A DNA stretch of 64,000 nucleotides. Source: the human T2T-CHM13v2.0 reference genome, Homo sapiens. Shown one piece after another: positions 13,226 to 25,843 of the stretch. Below the pieces are notes generated by a model. It saw only the letters and a list, made by a program, of their open reading frames with translations, was not told where the DNA came from and made no database searches. Numbering within the stretch: position 1 is the stretch's first letter; every line of letters begins with the position of its first letter. The position numbers and the translations under genes are program-made. The stretch lies in assembly GCF_009914755.1 (NCBI RefSeq), contig NC_060926.1, one strand, 5' to 3'.

Positions 13226-15605
13226 TAATGGTATCTTTTTTGTAATTCAAAATGTGTAACTTACATAAATCTTTAAAAACATGACTTCTACAAAGCTTGT
13301 ATCTATTTATTTTCTTCTTCTGGTTTCCTGACAATGCAAACAAATGTTAGAGAATTTATCTTGAGAACAACATTTCCCAAGTTGCTATAGAAACCAAGTA
13401 ATGAAGAAAAGACTAATAACTTTTCTATTCTATATAGTATATAAGAAATTTAAAAAATTATTTTAGTGTTTAATCTGTTTGGCTATTTTCACAGAAAATA
13501 CATTTTTTTTCTGTGTTGATAGCTAAAATTCAGATTTTCCAGTAGCTGAATATGGCAAAATTATATGATATAATTTTATATACTTCTTGATTTATTTTAT
13601 ATTATCAATATCATGTTCAAATCATTTTTCTGATAATTATAAGTGATACATATACATTACACCAAATTTATTTAATATTCATCCAGTCAGATAAATCAAT
13701 TTTTGCTTATTGCATGCACTTTTTATAACTAAATATATACTATTGATAGGAAATGGTTGGAGTGTAATTTGTAGTATAAGAAAGCATGCTGGCCTTGAGG
13801 AAAAGCTTTTTTGTATTTAAATGTAATGATACATTTTAAGTACAACAGTAAAGAATTAATTATTGAAGTAGAGATTTGTAAATTCAGCAGTAAATTTTAA
13901 CCATCAATATATATTTTGCTATTTTGTTAAGCTAACATAATTTAAGCTTCTAGTAAGTATATAATAGTTGTAACTGCACATAAAACTTTAGAGAACAATG
14001 GAAATTTTCCATCAGTGTTTATGATAGGGACAAACCCAAAAAGAAAATAGAATGAGCTTATTACGATTTAAAATTACCTTTCTGTATCTTCTATTGTCAT
14101 TACATTTTATTTGATCTTTATTAGTTTTCAACTTTTAAATAAACTTTTTAAATATTCAACTTGGTACCTAACCTAATGTAAAAACTACATGTAAAAATCA
14201 ATGAGAACAAATTTATGGTGACCCATAATATTTAACGATTGCTAAATTGATTCTGAAAATATGTAACCATAATTTGCTATAATACCATTAATCTCTGTTG
14301 ACTATTTACAGCATTTCATAGGAACTTAAATAATTTGATTTTTTACACAGCAATTCAAAATTTTCTTACTGGCTTCTTCATTATGTATCATCAGCTTTCA
14401 GCTATACCAATGTTAAAAAAAAAAAGCCACAAATCACAGTTAGTCCAGGGAAAATTTCTTGTGAATTCTTTTTGTTTGTTTTTTAAAGTGGAGTGTAATT
14501 GCTAAAGTTAGTCTAAAACCATGATTTCATTCAAATGTGGCTATGCTTTATTCTACAGAGAAAACTTGCCTTGGTCATAAAATTTATGTGGTCAAGAGGT
14601 AACACATGCTTGATGAGCTTGATTTGCAATTTTAAGTTGTGGTTAAATCCCTAGGGAAGCACAGAATTCTTTATAGAGGTCTTAGAACAACAAGGCTGGA
14701 AATAGTGTTACAATCATCCACTCTGATGTTATGGTCCTCCACCCCCATTTCAGTTTTCTTATGAGTAAAATGTGAGTATCAATATTTTGCTTAGCAAGGT
14801 TTAAAAAAAAGAGGCTAAATGAAGACAAAATGATGTTCAGTTGAATTTCCCAGCTCTGTTATAGATAAAATATTATACACATTTTATGATACTTAAAGAA
14901 AACTGATTATTTTGAAATTTATTAAATATATTTTAAATGGCAACATTCAGTGAAACTTTTCCATGAGGTCCCTGCAATGGGAGATCTCTTATGAAACATT
15001 AGTTATTAAATCAAACATGCTTTTGTGTGCACCACTATGCATTTATAATTCAAACATATCTTTACATTTGCAAAACACTATATTGAGATCACATCTAATG
15101 TTATTCAACCATCATTTTGTTCTAGCTTACTAAACTGGAAAATAAACTGTTTACTTAACTGGTATTTATTTAACCTGAACATATCTGCATATATTACAAA
15201 GCAGACAATAACAGTGGGCAATGTGATATTTGAAAGGAGTGGAGAAAATGAAGACGGTGGCAATAATTAAAACTAAAAGTAGTTTAGAGAAGATGCCAGC
15301 TCTCAGATTTGCTTATTTATCTCTAAGGATATATGTGTAAAAATGTATTTCTATTTTAGCCCAAAAATTATCTAGCACAATTTTAATTACAATTTATTAT
15401 GTGAGAAATTATGATGCCTTTGATACTATTTAAAAAGACATGTTTAGATCTAATTATTTTTTCTACCAATACTAGCAAAAAGTGCTTATTTGCTAAATTA
15501 TATATGTATTTGAATGAAAATAATATGAAGCCAGAGTCATTAAAGTTATAATTTACAGCAATGCCTACAGTACAGTATTTAAATTGCTTAATTTTTTCCT
15601 TTCAG

Positions 15606-15664
15606 GTAGAAACAAATGTAAAAACCCAATGATTCCCCCATTCTATGCAGAATACAAGAGAAAG
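15606..15664 (+). other. Candidate 59-nt cryptic or non-coding exon
   Basis: Acceptor 'ttaattttttcctttcag|G' and donor 'AAG|gtaatc'; no transcript evidence. Confidence 0.25.
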
Positions 15665-15859
15665 GTAATCTTCAGTACTGCTCATAAAAGATGTTTACAT
15701 TTAGCAGTGTAGGAATCATGGCTGGGTGTGCAAGATTATTAGGATGCTTCAGGGTGGTTGCTTTATTTTGTTTTATTTTGCAGGAAATTATGTAACCAGC
15801 AAACAGACAGAAAAAGTAATTTGTTGGGAATATACTAGCATATGAAAAAAAGGACCCAT

Positions 15860-17025
15860 TCACTAATTCATCCATCTATCTAGCCATTCAGCACTGATTA
15901 AACACTTTTTATTTATCAGGGTCTATTTTACTTAGTAGGAAAACAATGACATGTAAGACATAGACTACCATCTTCAAAAGCTTCCAACTACACCATGGAA
16001 TACTATGCAGCCATAAAAAAGGATGACTTCATGTCCTTTGCAGGGACACGGATGAAGCTGGAAACCATCATTCTCATCAAACTCATCACCCGCCTGTCAG
16101 GGGGTGGGGTGCTGGGGGAGGCATAGCATAATGAGAAATACCTAATGTAGGTAACTGGTTGATGGGTGCAGCAAACCACCATGGCACGTGTATACCTATG
16201 TAACAAACCTGCACATTCTGCACATGTACCCCAGAACTTAAAGTATAATAAAAAAAAGGAAAGTAACTCATTAAAATAATGTGTAATAACAGCCTTAGGA
16301 AAAGTGTTTACAAGGTATCATGGCATTTACAGAAGAGTATGGAACTCTTGGTGATATTGCCTGGAAGGGTAAAGTTAGAATGAAAGAAAAGTCATTCTCG
16401 TTAGATAACAGAGCCTAAATAAGGGCATAAGAAACATAAGTTAAAAACAAACTAACAAACAAAAACTCCAAGTAGTCTGGACATCAGAAGCATGGAACAG
16501 AAGTGGAGCACGGACAGTAGAGGAAAGCACAACCAATGACTCAGGCAGGCAGAAACCAAATCAAGGAGGCCTTCTCTCCATTCATTCTTAGGCCGTGGAG
16601 ACCTGGGAGTGATTTTTAGACAGGAATAGCATAATCTCATTGGAAGCTTACAGTATTAAGTATGGAAAATAGAAAGGAAGCAAATAGGAAACAGAGAGGT
16701 GAGTTGAGAGGCTACTGCGATAGTTCAGGTGGAAAATGGTATGTCTAAAACAGTAGTAGTGACATAGAGAAGACGGGTGACACCTGAGAGTGTTTGGGAG
16801 TAGAAAGGGCAGAACTTTGTGATCACTTACACATGGAGATGAGACAGTGGTAAAAGTTGAAAATGACTCCCAGGTTTTTAGCTTGGGTGAATAATGGTGT
16901 AGTCAACACAGGGTGAAAATAAAGGAAGAAGAATATGTTTTGGAGCAAAGATAATAAGTTTAATTTTAAATACATTTAATTTGAAATGAAAATAGACTAG
17001 CTATGGAAGAACTAAATGAAAATAG
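15860..17025 (-). mobile_element. L2 (about 0.9 kb), interrupted by an L1PA
   Basis: 3' end 'attcatccatc..cattcagcactgattaaacac' and body 'gagaggctactgcgatagttcaggtggaaaatg', 'aatgactcccaggtttttagcttggg', 'ataataagtttaatttt'. Confidence 0.75.
15989..16257 (+). mobile_element. 5'-truncated L1PA (about PA7/PA8 age) with internal deletion
   Basis: ORF2 C-terminus YTMEYYAAIKKDDFMSFAGTRMKLETII, then 3'UTR 'gcagcaaaccaccatggcacgtgtatacctatgtaacaaacctgcac...cccagaacttaaagtataat' and A tail. Confidence 0.95.
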
Positions 17026-17030
17026 CCCAG

Positions 17031-17408
17031 TGATATGGTTTGGATGTGTGTCCCCTCCAAATCTCATCTTGAAATGTGACCCCTCAATGTAGGAGATGGG
17101 GCCTAGTGGGAGGTGCTTGGGTCATGAGGGCAGATGATCCCTCAGAAATGGCTTGGTGTTGTTCTCTGTGGCTTAAAAAGAGCCCGACACCTCTTCCCTC
17201 TCGCTCCTGCTCTCACCATGTGGCACACTGGCTCCCCCTGCCTTCTGCCATGAGAAAAACCTTTCTGAGGCCTCACCAGAAGCCAAGCAGATGCTGGCAT
17301 CATGCTTCCTGTACAGCCTGCTGAAGTGTGAGCCAAATAAATCTCTTTACTTTATAAATTACCCAGTCTCAGGTATTGACTTACAGCAAGACAGAAGAGA
17401 CTAAGAAG
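17031..17408 (+). mobile_element. MSTB-type MaLR solo LTR
   Basis: Starts 'tgatatggtttggatgtgtgtcccctccaaatctcat'; contains 'gaggcctcaccagaagccaagcagatgctggc'; 5-bp TSD CCCAG. Confidence 0.93.
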
Positions 17409-18129
17409 CCCAGAAATTCTACAGACTATAAATGCTATTTGTGAATCAATAGATTTTAAATTAATTGGCGATACTGCTTGCGTCTAACGTGCTCCTCAAG
17501 TATTTTGGGCTGCTAGTCAATAATAGAAACATAGACAGATTTCGAGAATGACTTAATTCATTGTGTTAGACTACAACTGCTTGGAAAGCATAGTTTAAAT
17601 TCATGCTGTATCAGGAAATCAACTAGACTTGGCTTGCTGTATAAATAAGCAGCACAATTAGGAAGAAAGAAGCATTTGCATTTGGCCAGTGGAGTGATGA
17701 TAAACTAGAAGATTCCTTTTGGGACAACAGTGAAATATGTTAAATCAAGCTATTCCAATGCAATGTAAACAAACAATATATATCATCTCAGAAATTCAAT
17801 TAAACCATGAATCATCTTGTCATTACCGTTACTCCAGTTTACTGTTAACATGGCATAAATGTATTTTAAGCTGTTAAACAGGGGCATGCTATTCTTTGAG
17901 GAATCTGAATTTTATGAACTGTCACAAGAGCAATAATAAAGATGAAGAGTATCAGCTAAGAATATCCATAATTAACAAATCAATATGTTCTAGTTATCTG
18001 CAGTGTGGTTAGCTCCATCAAGAGCAAGATAAAGGATCAAGAATGAGAATAAAGAGTGAATTAAGCAGCTTAAGATCCAATCAAAAAGACAAAATATTCA
18101 TTAATAATAAAAAAATCAGAGTCAAGTCC

Positions 18130-18523
18130 TGTTGCAATTTGACTCATGTAAAAGTTGAACTCATGTTCAAACGTAACCTCCAAAGTTGTAGGTGGGCCTA
18201 GTGGTAGGTGTTTGGGTCATGGGGGTGGATCCTTCACGAATAACTTGGTGCCCTCCCAGAGCTAATGATTTTACAGGATATCTTGTTTTTTAAAAGAGTC
18301 TGGGACCTCACCCTTCTCTCTCTTGCTCCCTCTCTCACCATGTGACATGCTGACTCCTCATTCACCTTCTGTCATGATTGTAAGCTTCCTGAGGCCTCAC
18401 TAGAAGCAGATGCTGGCACCATGCTTGTATAACCTATAGAACCACGAGCAAAATAAACCTCTTTTATTTATAAATAACCCACCCTTAGGTATTCCTTTAT
18501 AGCAATGCAAACAGACTAACACA
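18130..18523 (+). mobile_element. MSTB-type MaLR solo LTR
   Basis: TG...CA ends, 'gtaagcttcctgaggcctcac..agcagatgctggcaccatgctt', 'aataaacctctttt'; 5-bp TSD AGTCC. Confidence 0.92.
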
Positions 18524-18556
18524 AGTCCCGAAGAAGAAGGTTAGATAGATTAGAAG

Positions 18557-18810
18557 ACAGATTAGTGGTTAAGAGGATAGGTTTTAGCGTAGAATGTCTG
18601 GGATTGATTTTCATTTCTCCTCCATACTAGCTATGTGAAATTGGGATGACTACTTATTCTCTTGGAGGCTCAATTTTCTTGTCTGTACAATGTAATATTT
18701 GTGTCCACTTAACTAGTTGTTATGAAAATATAAAACGATAATACATACAAACTGCTTCAGGCAGCACCATGCATATGCTAACCATTCAGTAAATGTTAGC
18801 TCTAATGATA
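18557..18810 (+). mobile_element. MIR SINE
   Basis: 'tagtggttaagag...actagctatgtgaaattggg...ctcaattttcttgtctgtacaatg...cattcagtaaatgttagct'. Confidence 0.75.
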
Positions 18811-21800
18811 ACAGTAATTGGTATTATTATTATAAAAATCAAGAACCAAATCATCAGAATATATATAAGCACTAAAGAGTTCCAAAGAAAGGAAAGGTCA
18901 ATTGGTCCTGAGCTCTTTGTTGAGGCTTGAAAAGCCAGATAAGCTTTCTGAAGTAAAGAGAAAATAAGCTATTTTAAGTCTCTGTTACAATTCATTCATT
19001 CATTCAGCATTCATTCATTTATTTTAAAATTACACATAAAACATTGATTAATCATTTGATGGCAGGTGCTCAAGGCCATGAAGGTGGTAAGTGTGAATAA
19101 AATAAAGGTTTGTTTTTGAGAACAGTGAGATATAAAGTATATGGGCATTCACAGATAACAGGGCAGAGGGTAGATCTACCATTGTTCTCATCCTACTCCT
19201 TCTTTGCTGCCAAGTAAGTATGAACTATATAAGCCACAAAGGGGCATGACAGCTTATGCATATCCTTCAGTCTTTACTCTTTTGAAACATTATTGTTAAA
19301 AATCTCTGCCTTTAGAAATAGTAAATTATAGGCAAAGAAAAACACGGAGAGCAGCCAATTTGGGACATTCCCAAAGTGTTTTTTGTTCTAGCTCTGTGAA
19401 GAGTCTCTGGTCAGATTTTAATGAGTTTTCAATGGCCAACATAATTGATATTCTCTTCCAGAATTTAACTTTGGCATGTCTGTGTGCAGGCTATTGAAAG
19501 ACTCTGGGATAAGTCAGTGGTATTTTAACGTGAGGATACAAATTTCTTAAGTTGGCTTTCCTATTTCTTGACACTGTCTAAGAAACTCTACTGTATTTCA
19601 ATCTCTTTTGCCAACTAGAGGGATATTTTTGTTAGCACTCAGTTTAAAAAGCCTACCATTTTGACTAAATTTACTGGCCTAATTCAGTTACACAGCTAAT
19701 CAATTTAGTTAATTCAGTTGGTTTGTGGACCTTTCATTGAATTAATTGATTTTTTTTTTACCTCAACTGGCTGAGAGACTAGACTGGACTTCTGGGAATG
19801 TATTCTCTAAGCACATATAAAAGACAATTGTTTTGTGTTAAACCCTAGTATGTAGGCCATGACAATTTTCATTAAAGAAGTCCAGATATAAAACAAAATT
19901 GTAAATGGATATTCCCTTTCTCAGGTCAGTATTTGGAAAAGCAGGTTTCCCACCCCTCCATTTCCAAACCCATTCCTACTTCTTCGTGCATGTGGAGAGA
20001 ACCACAAGAGGCATATTAGTGCTTCCTGCAGTACAAATCACCACCTACTTTTAAACGACATCTCAGAAATTATTTTAAAGTATGACAAATAGAAACATGT
20101 ATTCTAGAAATCATATTTCTAAATATTAAATTTTCCTTCATTAAAAAAATTCTATCATCTTAGCATTCAAAATATATTTTTTAAAAAATATCAATTGGGT
20201 AAGGGTCTGAGATATTACAAGAATAATTTTCTTCCATCCTCCCAATAGTTAGTGACATTTATTTAGAACATTCCACTTTCTTTTCTGCCCAATGCGTCTG
20301 ATTTTATCAAGTCACCATTCTAAACTAAGCACTGCATCTGGTGTTTTGTTTGGTAAGACAGATTTGTGGGGCAAGTTCACCAACACATTATGATCAAGCA
20401 TTGTTTAGATTAATATAACACGAATACACAAGGCTGTATTACAATTTAAATTTTATTTCACATGCAAAAAACTTCCCCTTTACAGAATTTAGATTAATCC
20501 CATGGTTTGTTATTGACTATCTTTAGAAAGAATCCTATTATTCCAAATGACAACTTTGTAAAAATGCAGTGCAGCTATAATGGAAAGTGCAAAAGTTATA
20601 TTAAGATAACTCCTTTCTGAGTACGTGTATATTCATTTTACATGTTTCAACTAGAATCAACTCTTACAAGTCTGCCTTCAGCCATCTGTATCACTGACCA
20701 GCATTGGAAAAACCTCATTTTCAATTTCTCGGCACCGTTGACATTTGGACCTTTAATGACTCATTAACCCTTTACAGCCTCCTTCTCCAGATCTTTTCAA
20801 TCACATATGATCATGTCGCCAAACTGAGATATTTTTGACTGTTCGTTGCTAGTGCAGATAATATTCTCTCCTCTTCCATTCTCCCAGCTCAGTGCCAGAC
20901 TGGACTGTATATGTATGAGATGAGGATGATAAATGGGAGAGGAGAGAGAAAGCCAGGCAAGAGGTGGGGGAGTAGAGCAAGATGATTGAGCAGAGCAAAT
21001 TAGAACCCATAAGTTATATTTTACTGGTTTTAGACCCTAAAGAGATAGAGCTTAGAATGACTCAAAAGGGAATTTATGAGACTATGGACTGCACAGTGAA
21101 GCATTAGAAATTCTAGGGACAGATGTACGGTCAGAGTTGGGAAGGAAGGAATTGTCTACTTGTTACAAGGTGCAGTGCCACTCTAGAGACCACAGATTGG
21201 TAGCTCTTGGGGCATGTACAGGCACATGCTTAACATGGATCGGGCTACATTGAGATTTTCTTCTTGGAAGAAGAAGATGTTACTGTCAGAAGAGTATGTG
21301 GAAAAGTAGATTCCCAAGGAGAAGATTAGTAATGGGGTAGATACTAAACAATGAGATAGATACCAAGTAGGGACTCCAGGTGATGGGATAGGTTTTGAGC
21401 ATGGGGAGACATCCCTCTGGAAGGATTCTTGGAGTATGGGACAAAGGCTGAGGTCCTCCCTTATTTTGATGGGCACAATCAAGCCAGCAGACAAACAGGC
21501 TACTCAGAATCAAAGAAGAACACCAAGAAGTAATGTTGTCTGTCTTTAGCAAGGAGCAAGGAAGAGAGCATAGGCAAAGAAAAATATCTGAAAATGTTTT
21601 AGCTCTCCCAGAATCAAGATTTTAGTGTGGTTTCATTGCTTCCAAAAATTACAAACTTTCCAAACACACTAGAGTAAAGCTCACACACCACATATTAAAA
21701 TCAATGAGAGATGATCTGTGATTACTCACTATTGACATGGATCATTGATGACAGTAAGACCCTGCAAAATAAATTCCCTTACTGGACTTACAAAAACCTC

Positions 21801-22002
21801 ACAAAAATATAAAAGTAAATAAAATTATCTTTATTCTATTAATAAAGAAAATGTATATGAAGAAAATGCACTTTACAAAGTATAAGTAATTTGCCCTGAA
21901 TGACATGGTTACTGTTAGAACCATGACTTGGATTCTTAAAGGTTTAATATCCTGTCCTATATGCTATGCTACCTCTAAACATCACCTCAAGAATTCAGTA
22001 GA

Positions 22003-22306
22003 GGCCAGGTGCAGTGGCTCACACCTGTAATCCCAGCACTTTGGGAGGCCAAGATGGGCAGATCACTTGAGCCCAGGAGTTCCAGACCAGCCTGGGAAAC
22101 ATGGCAAAACCTCGTCTCTACAAAAATACAAAAATTAGCTGGGCATAGTGGTGTGCGCCTGTAGTCCTAGCTTGGTGGGGGTTGGGGTGGGGGGATGTGC
22201 TAAGGTGGGAGGATTGTTTGAGCCTAGGAGGTTGAGCCTGCAGTGAGCTGTGATTGCACCTCTGCACTCTAGCCTGGGCAACAGAGCAAAGACCCTGTCT
22301 CAAAAA
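22003..22306 (+). mobile_element. AluJ with a G-rich insertion in the right arm
   Basis: Dimeric Alu; J-type 'cacttgagcccaggagttc', 'gtgggaggattg', 'gaccctgtctc'. Confidence 0.95.
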
Positions 22307-23277
22307 TTGAATTTAGGAAAAACAACATTACATCTATTACTTTTTTTAAATATACAGATCACTCACTGAATATATAATTATAATATATCTGATGCCTGTA
22401 TGAATTAACCTAAGTAAAAAATAACACTGTTTCTTCTGAATTTATTTTGATTTTTCTTTGAATCGAATTTATTACCCAAGCCACTCTCAAGCATCCTACA
22501 GAGACCTATGAAGGATGAGTTCTTATGTGACTTAGCTTTAAAATTAAAAAAGAAAAAAGATTTTAAAATAGCAAGCAAGCTTTTGCTTTTCTTAAGAAGT
22601 CAAGAAAATGGACTATAGATATAGGTAAAATACAGTTAAAGAGCAACATTGCTATAATGTTGATACAAAGTCAAACATATGAATAAAAAAAATGTCAATC
22701 AACTGGATCCTTTCAAATATCTCCCCAAACACCTGGAAGATGACAAATTTTTTAGATTGATAACCTTTATAATGTAACCAAGAATATTACACAGCCTTTG
22801 TGAGATAGAAATTGTTTTAATATAGGATAGAAATGAGCAGATATCACAATGGTTTGCCACAAGTAAACGAATTTCCTTCTTTGGATAACTTTAAGTAAAG
22901 CTAAGTTCAAGTGAAAAAAAAAAAAGCTAAGCATGCAGTGGAAAAAAAGGATAATCTGTTTGGATTCAAGGTTATGCTATTCAATTCTCAAATCACTGAG
23001 CAGCATTTACAGTAAAATGACACTCTCATTTATCTCCCAGGCAAGCATTGAGACCTGCCTTAAGATGCAGGAGGTTAGTAGACTTCATAGCACTTAATTT
23101 TCTAACACTACAATAATAATAGTTAACTTAGTAAAAAAAAAATTCTGTGTCTTCACATAAAGTGAATCAAAATATATCTTTGCATCACTGCCTACTGTAA
23201 CCTCAAGGAACTTATTCATCTACCAACAGCCAAGACATTAAAAAACAGAGAAGTTGGTCTCTCAGGATAGATACCCT

Positions 23278-23354
23278 ATTCACTTAAGGTGGGGCAGATA
23301 ATGCACAGACTCTAATGTTGGATCTGTACACTATTGGCCCCACCTTAGGTGAAT
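23278..23354. repeat. 77-nt near-perfect inverted repeat (hairpin)
   Basis: attcacttaaggtggggcagataatgcacaga / tctgtacactattggccccaccttaggtgaat; 32-position stem with 27 Watson-Crick pairs, 2 G:U and 3 mismatches on the + strand. Confidence 0.9.
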
Positions 23355-24014
23355 TAAACCAACAACATCAACAGGGAAAAATGTGCAAAAACTGTGTTGT
23401 TCTCACTTTATCAGTCTTTCCAATGTTTAAGAAGCACAGATTATTTGCTCAGAAGACTAGACCAACTGGAAATTGAATGATCTTGATCTCTTTTAAGAAA
23501 AAACCATTTGATCTAAATCTTCAAATAAACAAAATAATTTGCAATCTGTGTCTTATGCTTCTATTTTGGGAGTCAGACCAGGCATGAGCTGAGTAGCCCA
23601 TTCTGTCTTGGAGGACAGGAGCAAAAGGGACTGAAATATAAAGTCACATGTGGGCATTAAAGAACATCCTGGAGTCCCAGGCCATATAAAAGGGCTTGTA
23701 ATTAGTATTTTAGTAAATACTAATGAGAATGCATGTATCAACCCACATTAGTAAATATTAATCTGAAGTAATATTCTAGGACTATTTATTAATTACTTTC
23801 AACTCTTCCCCCAAGGTCTAGTAACCCACAAAAAGCTTGAGGAAGAAAGGAAATAGAAGCTTTGCTTTGTTGAACTATTTGATACTAATAAATATACTGG
23901 GCAGCCATGCCATTTTTATAACTAATCAAAGCAAGTGGTTTGATGTTAAATCAATAATGTTTATACAAATTTGACTTATTAGATACAGTGATAGTTACCT
24001 CATGGCTGGAAATC

Positions 24015-24225
24015 AGCATAGTAATTAAAATAATTGTGTTCTGATATTTATTAGTTCTATGATCTTTGGCATGGCACTTATCTTTCTAAGCCTCATGCTG
24101 TCTCATCTATAAAACAGAAACTGATAACAAAATCCACCTATCAAGGATTCTGAGGCTCAAATGAGATGGTACAGAAAACATAAATGTGCCTGGCACAGGG
24201 TGACAGCCAATAAATGGCAGCTGTT
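24015..24225 (+). mobile_element. MIR SINE
   Basis: 'cttatctttctaagcctca..tctcatctataaaa...tcaaatgagat...gtgcctggcacagg...caataaatggcagct'. Confidence 0.75.
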
Positions 24226-25505
24226 GGCCATTAAAGACAAGGCCCATTAATTTGTAAGTTAGTGCCTACTACAAAGAGCATAGATTAGAATTCACACCTG
24301 GATTAATTAATTTTCATCTTCTATGTCCTAAAACTCATTCCTCCTTGCAAACTGGGTGAGACTATGTAGATGCCCCAGCAAATTACCCAGACGGAAGATG
24401 ATGAGCAAGTAGCATCTCTTTACTTAAAAAGAATCATATTTTCTTTCCAAGAAAATCTTCATAAACCTTAGCCCATTTACATAACCAAGCCATCTCTCAA
24501 TTGGTCTTGTTTGAGTTTACTATCCCATGTCTTCTTACTTTTTTAAAAGAGGTAAGAATAGGCTTTGAACACAGAATCTGGTAATAGTCTCAAAATTATG
24601 GTGCTAAATTTCCTTGGCTTATCAACATTAAATAAGGGAAAGGAAAATCTACTAGGAGCATCGTGACTTGGTTGACACACATATGAGCACGAAAGGTAGG
24701 GTAATATTTTTAACTATATTTAGCGATGTTATAGCTTGGGGTCAGTTCAGAAGCAGAAAGGGTAAAAACAAAGCGAGTAATGGTGACATGCAATATTGTC
24801 CTCATTATCAGAAGATAAAACCATCATACTCTAATGGGCTGATACAGATTGCAATTTTTAGTAGCTGATATTTCCAAGGGCCTAGCAAGACAGAGTGCAA
24901 CAGTACGTGTCACATTCTAAAGTCTAGGAGGGAAACCAAAGTGATCTCAGTAACATAGGAAAAATTTTAAAGATATAGCTTATATATACATTCTTTAGTG
25001 GACTCAATAGCTGTATTAATTATGAGACATGGGGGGAATTATCTCAATACAGCCTTGCACATAACACATTTGTATGCAAGTTTTACACATACATCTATAC
25101 CTATATATGCATATAGGTCTATACACAAATATTCTGTAACTACACATATACTTGTTCATTAATCAACCATTGAGGGCCTACAAAGTACAGTGAGTGAAAA
25201 TATATAGAGGAAGCAACACTGAGCTGCTGTGGACACAGACCATACTTATCTTGAAGGTCTCTATCCTGCAATCCTAACTTCCCAGAGCAGACTACTAATA
25301 TATTACAAAGTAATCTACTTTGTAATCTGTTAGTTTTATTGCTGACGGTATTTTAATTTTCTGCTATTTGGCATGACGAACCACAGAGGATCAGAGGCAA
25401 ACTGTTGCTCTCGCATGGAAGTGGCTCCTATATGAAGACACAGTGATGATGACAAGAAGCAATTGCTCTCTTAATAAGGGAGAAGGATTTAAAATATTAG
25501 TTACA

Positions 25506-25786
25506 GGCCAGGCGCAGTGGCTTAAGCCTGTAATTCCAGCACTTTGGGAGGCCGAGGTGGGCGGATCACGAGGTCAGGAGATCGAGACCATCCTGGCTAA
25601 CACGGTCAAACCCCGTCTCTACTAAAAATACAAAAAATTAGCCGGGCACAGTGGCGGGCTCCTGTAGTCCTAGCTACTCAGGAGGCTGAGACAGGATAAT
25701 GGTGTGAACCCGGGAGGCAGACTGTGCAGTGAACCAAGATCAAGCCACTGCACTCCAGCCTGGGTGACAGAGCAAGACTCCGTCTC

Positions 25787-25813
<27 letters not shown>
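25506..25813 (+). mobile_element. AluY
   Basis: Y diagnostics 'ggatcacgaggtcaggagatcgagaccatcctggctaacacgg', 'aatggtgtgaacccggg'; A27 tail; TTT/AAAA insertion site. Confidence 0.95.

Positions 25814-25840
<27 letters not shown>
25814..25840. repeat. (TA)13 microsatellite at the Alu tail
   Basis: Direct reading. Confidence 0.95.

Positions 25841-25843
<3 letters not shown>

Noticed and set aside
13300-15600. Very AT-rich stretch as a matrix-attachment region or origin
   Set aside because: Composition alone is not diagnostic in an AT-rich isochore
17031-18523. Two same-orientation MST LTRs as one provirus
   Set aside because: Each LTR has its own 5-bp TSD (CCCAG and AGTCC), they differ substantially, and the 720-bp spacer does not look like MST-int. 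They are independent solo LTRs.
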